Shown: one piece after another, positions 39,753 to 48,004 of the stretch
Layout: the number at the start of each line of letters is the position of its first letter
How positions within the stretch are numbered: position 1 is the first letter of the stretch
Assembly: GCA_027459745.1 (NCBI GenBank)
Contig: DAIDHL010000008.1
Coordinates: 1-53,270 of the forward strand
DNA from: Candidatus Levyibacteriota bacterium
GTDB lineage: Bacteria > Patescibacteriota > Microgenomatia > Levybacterales > UBA12049
Length of the DNA stretch: 53,270 bases
Direction of reading: 5' to 3'
Program-made: the position numbers and the translations under genes
Notes under the pieces: generated by a model
The model's input: the letters and a program-made list of their open reading frames with translations, nothing else
Databases searched by the model: none
Told to the model about the DNA's origin: nothing

Positions 39753-40352
39753 ATGTCCACTGTCTTATCATTTTGGCTTGAACTTCGATTATTACTCATA
39801 ACATTCTTTATCGTTCTTATCGTACTTCCGATACTCGCGATGCTGACGCTCACTAACTTTGGTTTCCAGGATGTGTCCGATAAATTAGTTACTGTTAACG
39901 CTAAAAATCATACGGTTGAAATTCATGATTTAGATGGAACAACTACAACAATTACTGAAACAATGATTTGGCCAGTAAATGGTGTCGTCACACTTGAATT
40001 TGGTCAACCTGATCCTCCATATCAACCACTACATACTGGGATTGATATAGCCAATCCTGAGGGCAAACAAGGTGATTCTATTCACCCTTTCATGAAAGGT
40101 ACCGTGATCTATGCAGGTGAGGACTTATCTGGTTATGGCAAGCATGTGATTATTAATAATGGTAATAACATAACGAGTCTTTATGGACATATGAGCGCAA
40201 TCAATTCAAAAGTAGGTGCAACAGTGAATACGAGTGAAGTTATCGGCTATGAAGGTCAAACCGGCTGGGCAACCGGTCCCCACGTGCATTTTCAAATCAA
40301 TGTATACGGTATTCCTGTTAACCCGAGAACGTTTTTAATGGGAAATCCATAA
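39753..40352 (+). CDS. M23 family peptidase
   Basis: HTGID, YGH, TGPHVHF. Confidence 0.9.
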   Translation: MSTVLSFWLELRLLLITFFIVLIVLPILAMLTLTNFGFQDVSDKLVTVNAKNHTVEIHDLDGTTTTITETMIWPVNGVVTLEFGQPDPPYQPLHTGIDIANPEGKQGDSIHPFMKGTVIYAGEDLSGYGKHVIINNGNNITSLYGHMSAINSKVGATVNTSEVIGYEGQTGWATGPHVHFQINVYGIPVNPRTFLMGNP

Positions 40353-40407
40353 TATTGTTCAGAAATACAAAAAACAATTCAAAGTTGTATAATTATGAGA
40401 CTCATCT

Positions 40408-40620
40408 ATGAATAATAACTATGCAATTAAACTTGGTCAGAAACTGAAGGATTTCCGACTTAAAAAGAATTTGACTCAAATTGAGATTGCTGAAAAAGCT
40501 GAAATAAACAGTAATTACTATGCTAAAGTTGAGCGTGGTGAAGTTAAGGTAAGTATGGAGTTAGCATCTAAAATTGCAAAAGTATTAGGCGTGAAACTTG
40601 AAGATATAAAACCCTCCTGA
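40408..40620 (+). CDS. XRE family HTH regulator
   Basis: LTQ.EIAEKA.I..NYYAKVERG. Confidence 0.9.
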   Translation: MNNNYAIKLGQKLKDFRLKKNLTQIEIAEKAEINSNYYAKVERGEVKVSMELASKIAKVLGVKLEDIKPS

Positions 40621-40627
40621 AGCTGTT

Positions 40628-40837
40628 TTAATTTATACTTTTCTTTTCATTCTGTAATTTTTTATACATATCTACCAATTTTTCAAAGTCAGTATGTGCA
40701 AGTAGATGAATATTCGCTTGAAGATACTCCAAAATTTGTATTGCCATTTCCGGTGTAGCATGTTCGGGGTCTGTACGTTTTAAAATTCCAAGTACAATAT
40801 CAATATCCTTTTCATTTATCTCGTATTTTTCAGCCAT
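40628..40837 (-). CDS. Hypothetical 69-aa protein
   Basis: ORF track; DPEHATPEMA; co-oriented with the PLD gene. Confidence 0.65.
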   Translation of the reverse strand: MAEKYEINEKDIDIVLGILKRTDPEHATPEMAIQILEYLQANIHLLAHTDFEKLVDMYKKLQNEKKSIN

Positions 40838-40859
40838 ATTGCCTGTAGTATATCAGTAA

Positions 40860-41300
40860 TTATAGAAATTTTTCAAATTTTAAGAAATCAAACATTTCTT
40901 GAGCTGATTGTTTCCCTTCAGTTCTTCTCATAATTTCCCTGCTATATGTTTGAGAAAGGATATTTAAGCTTCCTTCCCAAAGAATAGTTCTATCAATGAT
41001 TGCAAGTTTTCGATGATGATTGCCTAAACAGAGAAACGTTTGTACTCCCATTACTTCAAATTTTCGAATTATCGTTTCTGATTGTATCTCCATTCCCTCA
41101 AAATGTTCTTTTGGGTCTCTGGTAAAGATGTAAATTTCAACTCCTTTATTCAACAACTCTTGAAAAATTGGGAGAAATATATGTGCTCTTTCATACGTTA
41201 CAAACGGACTTTCGATAATTATCTCTTTTTTGCAATTTCTCACATCTTTTAGAAATGCATCGTAGAAGGTTTTCTCATCAAAAAGAGCGGAGTTAAACAT
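40860..41300 (-). CDS. Single-domain phospholipase D family (Nuc-like) protein
   Basis: IESPFV, HRKLAIID...GSLN (HxKxxxxD); RBS AAGGAGG. Confidence 0.87.
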   Translation of the reverse strand: MFNSALFDEKTFYDAFLKDVRNCKKEIIIESPFVTYERAHIFLPIFQELLNKGVEIYIFTRDPKEHFEGMEIQSETIIRKFEVMGVQTFLCLGNHHRKLAIIDRTILWEGSLNILSQTYSREIMRRTEGKQSAQEMFDFLKFEKFL

Positions 41301-41436
41301 GACCGTCCTCCTTTTCTAATAAAGAAATAATAGATACCTTTCCGTTATAATATGTAAACCCTAATTTCCTCAGTTTTTCAAAGGTATTGAGTAAGCTAGG
41401 CACGATTTGGTTCCACCTACGGGCAAGCTCGCCAGC
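41293..41436 (-). other. Orphan 3' segment of the integrase gene (46 codons), joined on excision
   Basis: Frame A-GELARRWNQIVPSLL...EDGHV* is in register with integrase Ala557 across the att repeat; its stop overlaps the PLD start. Confidence 0.7.
41424..41436 (+). repeat. attR (CAAGCTCGCCAGC)
   Basis: 11/13 match to attL, at the end of the element backbone. Confidence 0.72.
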
Positions 41437-41548
41437 AGCCTCACCCCAGTCGCCTCTTATTATAACTTCTAGCTGTATAAACCTTTTTACCTGTTGATTA
41501 AATTTGTAGCGAAATAAAGAAGTAAATTTTCCACAAGACAAAATATTC

Positions 41549-42184
41549 CTAGATATACTGTTCCTTTTTTAAAAAATCCATGACCACATTATATATGAGT
41601 TCATGACCACGTGAATTTGGATGTAAACCGTCAAACATGAGTCTTTCAAGGATTGTGTCATTAAATTCTTTGTATATATCAATGAAATCTAGGTTGTACT
41701 GAATAGTCATTGCTCGAATTACCTCATCATACTTTTTAATTTCTCGATTTAAGAAAACGTGAGTTTTTGGCCAAGGCATACTCTTCAACTTATCTTCGTC
41801 TACGGGTGTGAGTCCTAAGCATAGAACATTTTTTGAATAATTTTTTGATTGCTTAATAAAGAATTCAAGATTAGCTTGATAGTTCTTAATTGGAATTCGA
41901 TTTGTTTGATTCGCTACTTCTAGTAAAGAGTCGTTGACTCCGACAGAGAAAATAATAAGTTTAATGTCATCTCCGCCACTTCTGGCTTTCATTTCGTTAT
42001 CAAACCTGATTCGTACATCCTGGGAGGTATCGCCCGCTATGCCAAGGGAATAGATTTCGAAACTAGGAGCAGAGCCATGAAGTATCTTTCTGTCGGAATT
42101 CTTTCTAAGACGTGACGTCCAGCCACCTTCTTCGTCATAGGCTCCCCACACAATACTGTCACCAAAAATAATGATCTTACTCAT
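41549..42184 (-). CDS. SGNH/GDSL hydrolase
   Basis: FGDSI, G..GD, G.ND, DGLHP; start likely 42184. Confidence 0.88.
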   Translation of the reverse strand: MSKIIIFGDSIVWGAYDEEGGWTSRLRKNSDRKILHGSAPSFEIYSLGIAGDTSQDVRIRFDNEMKARSGGDDIKLIIFSVGVNDSLLEVANQTNRIPIKNYQANLEFFIKQSKNYSKNVLCLGLTPVDEDKLKSMPWPKTHVFLNREIKKYDEVIRAMTIQYNLDFIDIYKEFNDTILERLMFDGLHPNSRGHELIYNVVMDFLKKEQYI

Positions 42185-44876
42185 ATACAAAATTATCAGC
42201 TGCTGTATGTTTTTGTGGCAAATTGTATATCTGGTTAAATATCGTTGCCCAAACGTCCCGTTCATCTACCTGAACAGTTGTCCAGTTATGGGAATCTTTA
42301 CTCGGTGTTATTGTCCCTGTCATCTCGGGTAAATTTAACTCATTGCTTAAAATTACCATACCTCCACCTTGTCCGTGGTCTGTACCATTACTGCCATTAA
42401 TTTTGTCAGTTCTACCAAACTCTGAGAAAAAAACTATAGTAAGTTTTGTCTTTGATTTCTCAGTGTTATAAAAATTGGTGAAGTTAGTAAATAAATCACT
42501 TACTTGTTTATTTAAAAGCAAGTCTTCATGTGCATGATGATCATAGGTGCCATCTGCATATAGATAATAAGTATTGCCGATATTATTTGTGATAAGTTTT
42601 TCCAAAAACGGAGTTTGTGTAGCATTTGTTCCTCCCGGTGTTCCCTTTCCTCCTTGGGATATGTCTTCTTTAGCTAGTTTATCAAGCAGTAGCGCTTGAG
42701 TATAATATACTGCCAATGTTTTGGGGAAAGATCTACTGTTTAATATCTGCTTAAGATAATTTTCTCTAACAGTGATATCCTGACTGTAAATACTTTTTCT
42801 TTTAACTACCGGGTAGAGTGTTAAATTAGCTGATCCAATTTGTAAACTTGGTGCGCCATTGGTCATCACGGGCGCAGTATTAGTCAGTGTAATAAGACTG
42901 GTGGCAGGTTCTGCTTTGGTCAGTTGGCCTAAGATTCCAGTCTGGTTTTGATTATCACCTGTTTCCATTTGAATACCTGCGATATCATGGGCTCGTGAAT
43001 GGTTTGGGAGTCCAACAGATGAAACTAAAAATGCTTCTTTGGATTTAAGCAGTGGTAAAATACTTGATGCAGCGTTGTTGAGCATATATCCATTTCCAAG
43101 AGAGGTAGCGTTTGATGAATTAAGAGCCATTTGTTTTCTGTTTGAATTATATGCAGGGTCAGTCGTATTTGCCCAAATTCCTTGAAAATCCCAACCTCCC
43201 CTCACCCTCACAACAATAAGTTTAGATTGTGTTCCGCCATTAATTTGTGTAATCGGTACAAAAGCTATTGCTTGTGTATCACCAGATTGGGCAAGAAATT
43301 CCGGTTGGATAAACATCAAACTTAATAGTCCGGGAAGTTTTGATTGAAGATATTTAGGATCGTTTATATTAAAAGTAACAGGCTTATTGGCATCACTGGT
43401 TGTCAGGTATTTTTGAAGTGACTGTTGTACGCTTGGGGGAAGTGTTTTTCCTAAATATAGCTGCATAGAAAGAACGTTTATAAGATCGGATGGGGTATGA
43501 ATCGAATTGGGATTGGAAATAAGATGGGAAAACACTGCGGAAATATCAGCTGAGGACATTTTATGCAAAAGTGCGTCTGTGTCGGCAATCCATCTGTTCA
43601 TAATAGTGCCTGAATAGAAGAGAATATTTGTATTAAATCCGGGTCTGCCGAAAATACTTCCGGGACTGTAAGGCCGGAAATCTAAATCTGTCAGTTCTTG
43701 AGAATTTGGAATAACATTGTAATTATTCATTCCCCATAATAGCGTATAGTACGAACTGACAAGATCCATAGGTGTTTTGAATCTGTCAGCTGACATGTAT
43801 TGTGGTTCATACATAATATTGGATGCAAACAGCCATTTTATAGAAGGTAAAAGTTCAAAATTGTTCTGTATAATCACATTGGAAAAGGCTGTAATATCGG
43901 CATCTGTTGGATTATCTGTTACGTAATAATGCAAAAGTTTATTAGCCAAAAATTCACCTGCTTGAGTTTTCCGTTGTTGCACAATAAAATCAATGGCGCC
44001 CTGTGGATTATTGTATTCCTGGCCTAAAAAGGGTTTGTCCGGGACAAAGTGTCTTTTCCCGTTGTATGAAACTATATGATTAAGCTTATCAGCTGTGAAC
44101 CCGGTAAGGATATAAGCAAGACTGTTTACATCCTGATCTGAATAGTTTGGAGTTGTTTTGTTATGGTCAAGTGGAGTGTATTGTCCTATTAAAAAAAGTT
44201 GCATGAGCTCTCTTGCGAAATTCTCATTGGGATTTTTGGCTGTTGAAGCAGTTAAATCCAAATACTGTGCCATGGCATAATTATTCTCTACATTTTTTAC
44301 AATATCTATATAATTTCCCAAAGCATTGTCATAAAGCATCTGGTGGAGTATTTTTGCATCATCAAGAGTTATCATTTTGCCTTTTTCAGGTGCATCAACA
44401 GAGAAAACATTTTCCCATAAATAATAAAGCTTGCATTGTACCCGATTTGGATCATGTACCATTTGATACGCATATAGTGTATCTTCATAAGCTACTTGAG
44501 TTTTATAACTATTCTTTTTGCTTTCAAGTGATTGTAGTCCCTGGTTATATTGCTCCTGTTCCTGTTGACTAGGGGTAGTAAAGATAAGATTTACTGCATT
44601 TTGTGCCGAGCCTGCTTGAGTAAGTGCCTGGATATCGCTGTTTGTGGGGTTAAGGTATACCCGACTTGCTAAGTATGAAGCCTTGGTACTTGTCCAGCTT
44701 GTGTTTGTTGCAAAAGGAACATTTGAGAGAATTTGTAATCCCTTCAAGAGAAAATATAGAGCAAAAATAATTACGATTGAAGGTAAAATAACTTTTGTTA
44801 TCTTTAATACTTTCTCGGGTAAGAAACTTTTAGAATTGTTTAATATACCCTGATAAGAAGCTTTTATTTTATCCAT
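42177..44876 (-). CDS. DUF1800-DUF1501 fusion protein, membrane anchored
   Basis: PNENFARELMQLF (DUF1800); RGGWD, HSRAH, YDHH, SEFGRT...GTDHG (DUF1501). Confidence 0.8.
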   Translation of the reverse strand: MDKIKASYQGILNNSKSFLPEKVLKITKVILPSIVIIFALYFLLKGLQILSNVPFATNTSWTSTKASYLASRVYLNPTNSDIQALTQAGSAQNAVNLIFTTPSQQEQEQYNQGLQSLESKKNSYKTQVAYEDTLYAYQMVHDPNRVQCKLYYLWENVFSVDAPEKGKMITLDDAKILHQMLYDNALGNYIDIVKNVENNYAMAQYLDLTASTAKNPNENFARELMQLFLIGQYTPLDHNKTTPNYSDQDVNSLAYILTGFTADKLNHIVSYNGKRHFVPDKPFLGQEYNNPQGAIDFIVQQRKTQAGEFLANKLLHYYVTDNPTDADITAFSNVIIQNNFELLPSIKWLFASNIMYEPQYMSADRFKTPMDLVSSYYTLLWGMNNYNVIPNSQELTDLDFRPYSPGSIFGRPGFNTNILFYSGTIMNRWIADTDALLHKMSSADISAVFSHLISNPNSIHTPSDLINVLSMQLYLGKTLPPSVQQSLQKYLTTSDANKPVTFNINDPKYLQSKLPGLLSLMFIQPEFLAQSGDTQAIAFVPITQINGGTQSKLIVVRVRGGWDFQGIWANTTDPAYNSNRKQMALNSSNATSLGNGYMLNNAASSILPLLKSKEAFLVSSVGLPNHSRAHDIAGIQMETGDNQNQTGILGQLTKAEPATSLITLTNTAPVMTNGAPSLQIGSANLTLYPVVKRKSIYSQDITVRENYLKQILNSRSFPKTLAVYYTQALLLDKLAKEDISQGGKGTPGGTNATQTPFLEKLITNNIGNTYYLYADGTYDHHAHEDLLLNKQVSDLFTNFTNFYNTEKSKTKLTIVFFSEFGRTDKINGSNGTDHGQGGGMVILSNELNLPEMTGTITPSKDSHNWTTVQVDERDVWATIFNQIYNLPQKHTAADNFVYE

Positions 44877-45024
44877 AGCCCTTTTTTAGCAGAGTAATCT
44901 GAACCGGAAATGACAAAAATATTCTTGTAACTAAATTAAATTGAAAACATTATGAAGCAATTAGTGTAACTGTATATACATTGGATATGATATTTTAAAG
45001 GCATACTTATGTATAATAATATAT

Positions 45025-45141
45025 ATGAAGCATATATTGATTCTTGGTGCTAGCGGACATCTTGGTAAAGTTGTTCTAAATACTTTACTTAAAAGAAATT
45101 ATGAAGTTAGTGCCTTAATCAGAAATCCGGGAAAGATATAA
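45025..45141 (+). pseudogene. Truncated NAD(P)-binding (Rossmann) protein
   Basis: MKHILILGASGHLGKVVLNTLLKRNYEVSALIRNPGKI*, only 38 aa. Confidence 0.7.
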
Positions 45142-45382
45142 CAAGCAGCTAAAAATTTGGGACCAAAATTAGATGATTTGTTTAATAAATTGAATAAAGC
45201 AGAATATAAAACTGCTCCTTGTTATTTTTGTCATATATGTAATTTTGTCTATGTCTGACAGCCATAATTAGAGCTTCAACTTAACCCCAACACTCTCCTC
45301 TATTCTTACGAACACGAATTTGAATTCTAATTTCACTATACTTTTATATTAAGAATAAGTCTTCTAATACTTTATTATAGGT

Positions 45383-46249
45383 TTAAGCAGGTTCTGAGTG
45401 GATAACAACATCAGTATTGGGAATTAAAGTGGTAATTTTCTTTTCAATTTCATCACAAATCTTATGTGCTTTCTCAACAGATAAAGTCTTATTAACCGTG
45501 ATGGTCATATCAATAAAATTAATATTTCCGACTGCCCTTGCCCGAATTCGTTTCACAGACATGACACCCTTTACTTGAGTTGTAACATTGGATACTTTCT
45601 CTGATAAGCCTACTGGCGTTGTATCAACCAACGTATCTATAGTTCTACGTCCTAGACTATAACCAGCGTGCAATACGAAGAAGGAAACACCAATTGCAGC
45701 AATCGCATCCGCTTTCGCATATCCTAAAGAAACAAAAATTAATCCAGCTATAACCGTCAGTGAACTTAAAATATCAGAACTAAAATGAAGTGCGTCTGCC
45801 TCCAATGCCTGGCTATTTGTTTCCTTTGCCACTTTTTTTAAAGCTCGTGAACGAGAATAATCAATAACTATAGAAAATATCATTACCGCAAATGCATACC
45901 AGGTCACTTCGATTTCTGATTTGCTGGTCCATAAACGATTAATCGCTTCGTAAATAATCCAGGCACTGGTTAGAAAGAGTAAGCCTGTTTCAATAAAAGC
46001 AGAAACACTCTCTATTTTTTGATGTCCATAATGATGATGATCATCAGCTTCTTTATCACCAACTTTTACCGCGAAATACGTAAGAAGTGCTGCTCCTAAA
46101 TCCAAAAGTGAGTGAGCTGCCTCAGAAAGAATTCCCATACTGCCTGTTGCCAGCCCGACAATAAGCTTAAAAACCGTCAGAGCTATACTTGCCAAAACCG
46201 AACTTAAAGCAACAGATTGTTTTTTATTCATATATTCTACCTCAAACAT
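45383..46249 (-). CDS. CDF transporter (FieF-like)
   Basis: SEAAHSLLD, H.YGHQKIE, ADALHFSSD, IHSEP. Confidence 0.9.
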   Translation of the reverse strand: MFEVEYMNKKQSVALSSVLASIALTVFKLIVGLATGSMGILSEAAHSLLDLGAALLTYFAVKVGDKEADDHHHYGHQKIESVSAFIETGLLFLTSAWIIYEAINRLWTSKSEIEVTWYAFAVMIFSIVIDYSRSRALKKVAKETNSQALEADALHFSSDILSSLTVIAGLIFVSLGYAKADAIAAIGVSFFVLHAGYSLGRRTIDTLVDTTPVGLSEKVSNVTTQVKGVMSVKRIRARAVGNINFIDMTITVNKTLSVEKAHKICDEIEKKITTLIPNTDVVIHSEPA

Positions 46250-46403
46250 TGTATCACTTTGAAATTATAGCACTACAGTATAATTTGATGTTTTTGAAGA
46301 ACAAAAACCATGAACAGGATGGAATACAAAAAATATGATATAAACTAATCCCCTAGGTTCGAAGCTAGTCAACTCCGGGAACAACCTTTGATATAATCTA
46401 GTG

Positions 46404-46865
46404 ATGAATTACGTTATCCCACAGGTTGGGCAACTTAAGCTTCATACCTTAATTTTAGATCTTAATGGAACCCTAACGATTGGCGGTATACTTGTTGAAG
46501 GAATAAAAGAAAGATTACAAAAATTAAAATCTCTAGGATTTAAAATAATTTTCTTTTCGGGTGATACCAGAGGTAATGCCTCACACATCGCACAAGAGTT
46601 AGGAATAGAATTTATTAAAGCTTCAACAGGCGAACAGAAAAGAGAAGAGACAGAAAAGCTTGACCCTAAATATTGTGTTTCAATAGGTAATGGTCTAATA
46701 GATTTAGAAATGATGAAAATTGTAAAGTTGGGTATTGTAACATTGCAGGGAGAGGGTGCTCATGTTAAAACACTTTTAGCTGCTGATATTGTTGTGACAT
46801 CGATAAATGATGCATTAGATGTATTAATAGATAGCGATCGGCTAGTAGCTACTTTAAGAAAGTAA
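46404..46865 (+). CDS. HAD family hydrolase (soluble P-type ATPase-like)
   Basis: LDLNGTL, SGDTRG, IGNG..D..M, ATLR. Confidence 0.85.
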   Translation: MNYVIPQVGQLKLHTLILDLNGTLTIGGILVEGIKERLQKLKSLGFKIIFFSGDTRGNASHIAQELGIEFIKASTGEQKREETEKLDPKYCVSIGNGLIDLEMMKIVKLGIVTLQGEGAHVKTLLAADIVVTSINDALDVLIDSDRLVATLRK

Positions 46866-46926
46866 ATATAATTTGGTTTGGTTACAAAATTTGCTGAGTT
46901 TATAAACAAGTGTGTATAATAAATAA

Positions 46927-47349
46927 ATGTCCTGGTTTGTTTACGCACTACTCTCAGCATTCTTTGGTGCACTGACTGCTATTCTTGCCAAAATTGGTAT
47001 CAAGGATGTGGATTCCAACCTGGCAACTGCAATCAGAACAATTGTTATCCTTGTTTTTGCCTGGGGAATTGTGTGGTTTCAGGGAACTGCAAAGCAATTG
47101 GGTGGAATTTCCCGTTTTTCACTAATTTTTCTTATTTTATCAGGCATAGCAACTGGTCTTTCCTGGTTATTTTACTTTCGTGCATTACAACTTGGAAAGG
47201 CTGCACAGGTTTCCCCTATTGATAAACTAAGTTTAGTGATAACAATTATTCTGGCCGTTATTATTTTAAAAGAAAAAGTAACAGTTTCTATTATTATTGG
47301 AGCTATCCTAATGTCTGTTGGTGCAATATTAGTCGGGTTTGGCAAATAA
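46927..47349 (+). CDS. Single-domain EamA family transporter
   Basis: AILAKIG..VDSNLATAIRT, PIDKLS. Confidence 0.88.
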   Translation: MSWFVYALLSAFFGALTAILAKIGIKDVDSNLATAIRTIVILVFAWGIVWFQGTAKQLGGISRFSLIFLILSGIATGLSWLFYFRALQLGKAAQVSPIDKLSLVITIILAVIILKEKVTVSIIIGAILMSVGAILVGFGK

Positions 47350-47389
47350 ATTTAGTATTTAAGTATTTGCATGCTATTATTTTAATAAA

Positions 47390-47863
47390 ATGTTTAACTA
47401 TATAATCATTTTAACTGCAGAGTATGTATTTCTTTTAAGTATTCTTATTTATGTTATCTATTTTCTGCGAGCAGATAAAAAAATCAAAATAAGTCTTGTG
47501 AGATTAAGTATCATCTCTTTTCCTCTTGCCTATCTGATGGCAAAAGTATCTTCGTTATTTATTAATGACCCTCGTCCGTTCGTATCAGATCATGTTAAGC
47601 CGCTTATTACACATATTGCAGACAACGGATTTCCCTCTGATCATACGCTGCTTACTATGGCAATTGCTGCAGTTATCTTTGTATATAATCGTAAGTTAGG
47701 CATAATACTTACCATAATTGCCATGACGATTGGAATAGCTCGGGTTTTAGCAGGCATTCATCATTTGGAAGATATTATCGCAAGTGCTTTTATCGCTATA
47801 GTTGCTACATATATTTCTGTGGTACTGTTGCGAAGGCTGATTAAACAGAAAAAGAGAAAATAG
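47390..47863 (+). CDS. PAP2 phosphatase (BcrC-like undecaprenyl-diphosphatase)
   Basis: K.....RPF, FPSDH, ARV.AGIH...DI. Confidence 0.87.
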   Translation: MFNYIIILTAEYVFLLSILIYVIYFLRADKKIKISLVRLSIISFPLAYLMAKVSSLFINDPRPFVSDHVKPLITHIADNGFPSDHTLLTMAIAAVIFVYNRKLGIILTIIAMTIGIARVLAGIHHLEDIIASAFIAIVATYISVVLLRRLIKQKKRK

Positions 47864-48004
47864 TTATATTTGCGACTTATTCATTAAGTTGAGTATACTC
47901 AAATATGAAGGAATAGACACGATTTTTGACTTAACGTTTTAATACTTCTTCTCATTTCCTTCCCATATTGGAGATAGTAAAATAAATATTTGTAGAGTTT
48001 TATT

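Larger units (their letters stand above)
1181..41436. mobile_element. Integrative conjugative element (~40.2 kb) integrated at the tRNA-Gln 3' end
   Basis: Serine integrase abutting the tRNA; coupling protein, relaxase-like protein and T4SS genes; 11/13 direct repeat at both ends, in frame with the integrase. Confidence 0.85.

Noticed and set aside
41437-41541. 5' part of the 82-aa ORF 41293-41541 as a real gene
   Set aside because: TTG start without an RBS, lying outside attR; only the part inside attR is explained, as the integrase tail.
46351-46380. tRNA T-arm-like CTAGGTTCGAAGCTAG as attR or a tRNA
   Set aside because: Shares only GGTTCGAA with tRNA-Gln, has no cloverleaf or acceptor match and no mobile genes beside it; an ancient remnant cannot be excluded.
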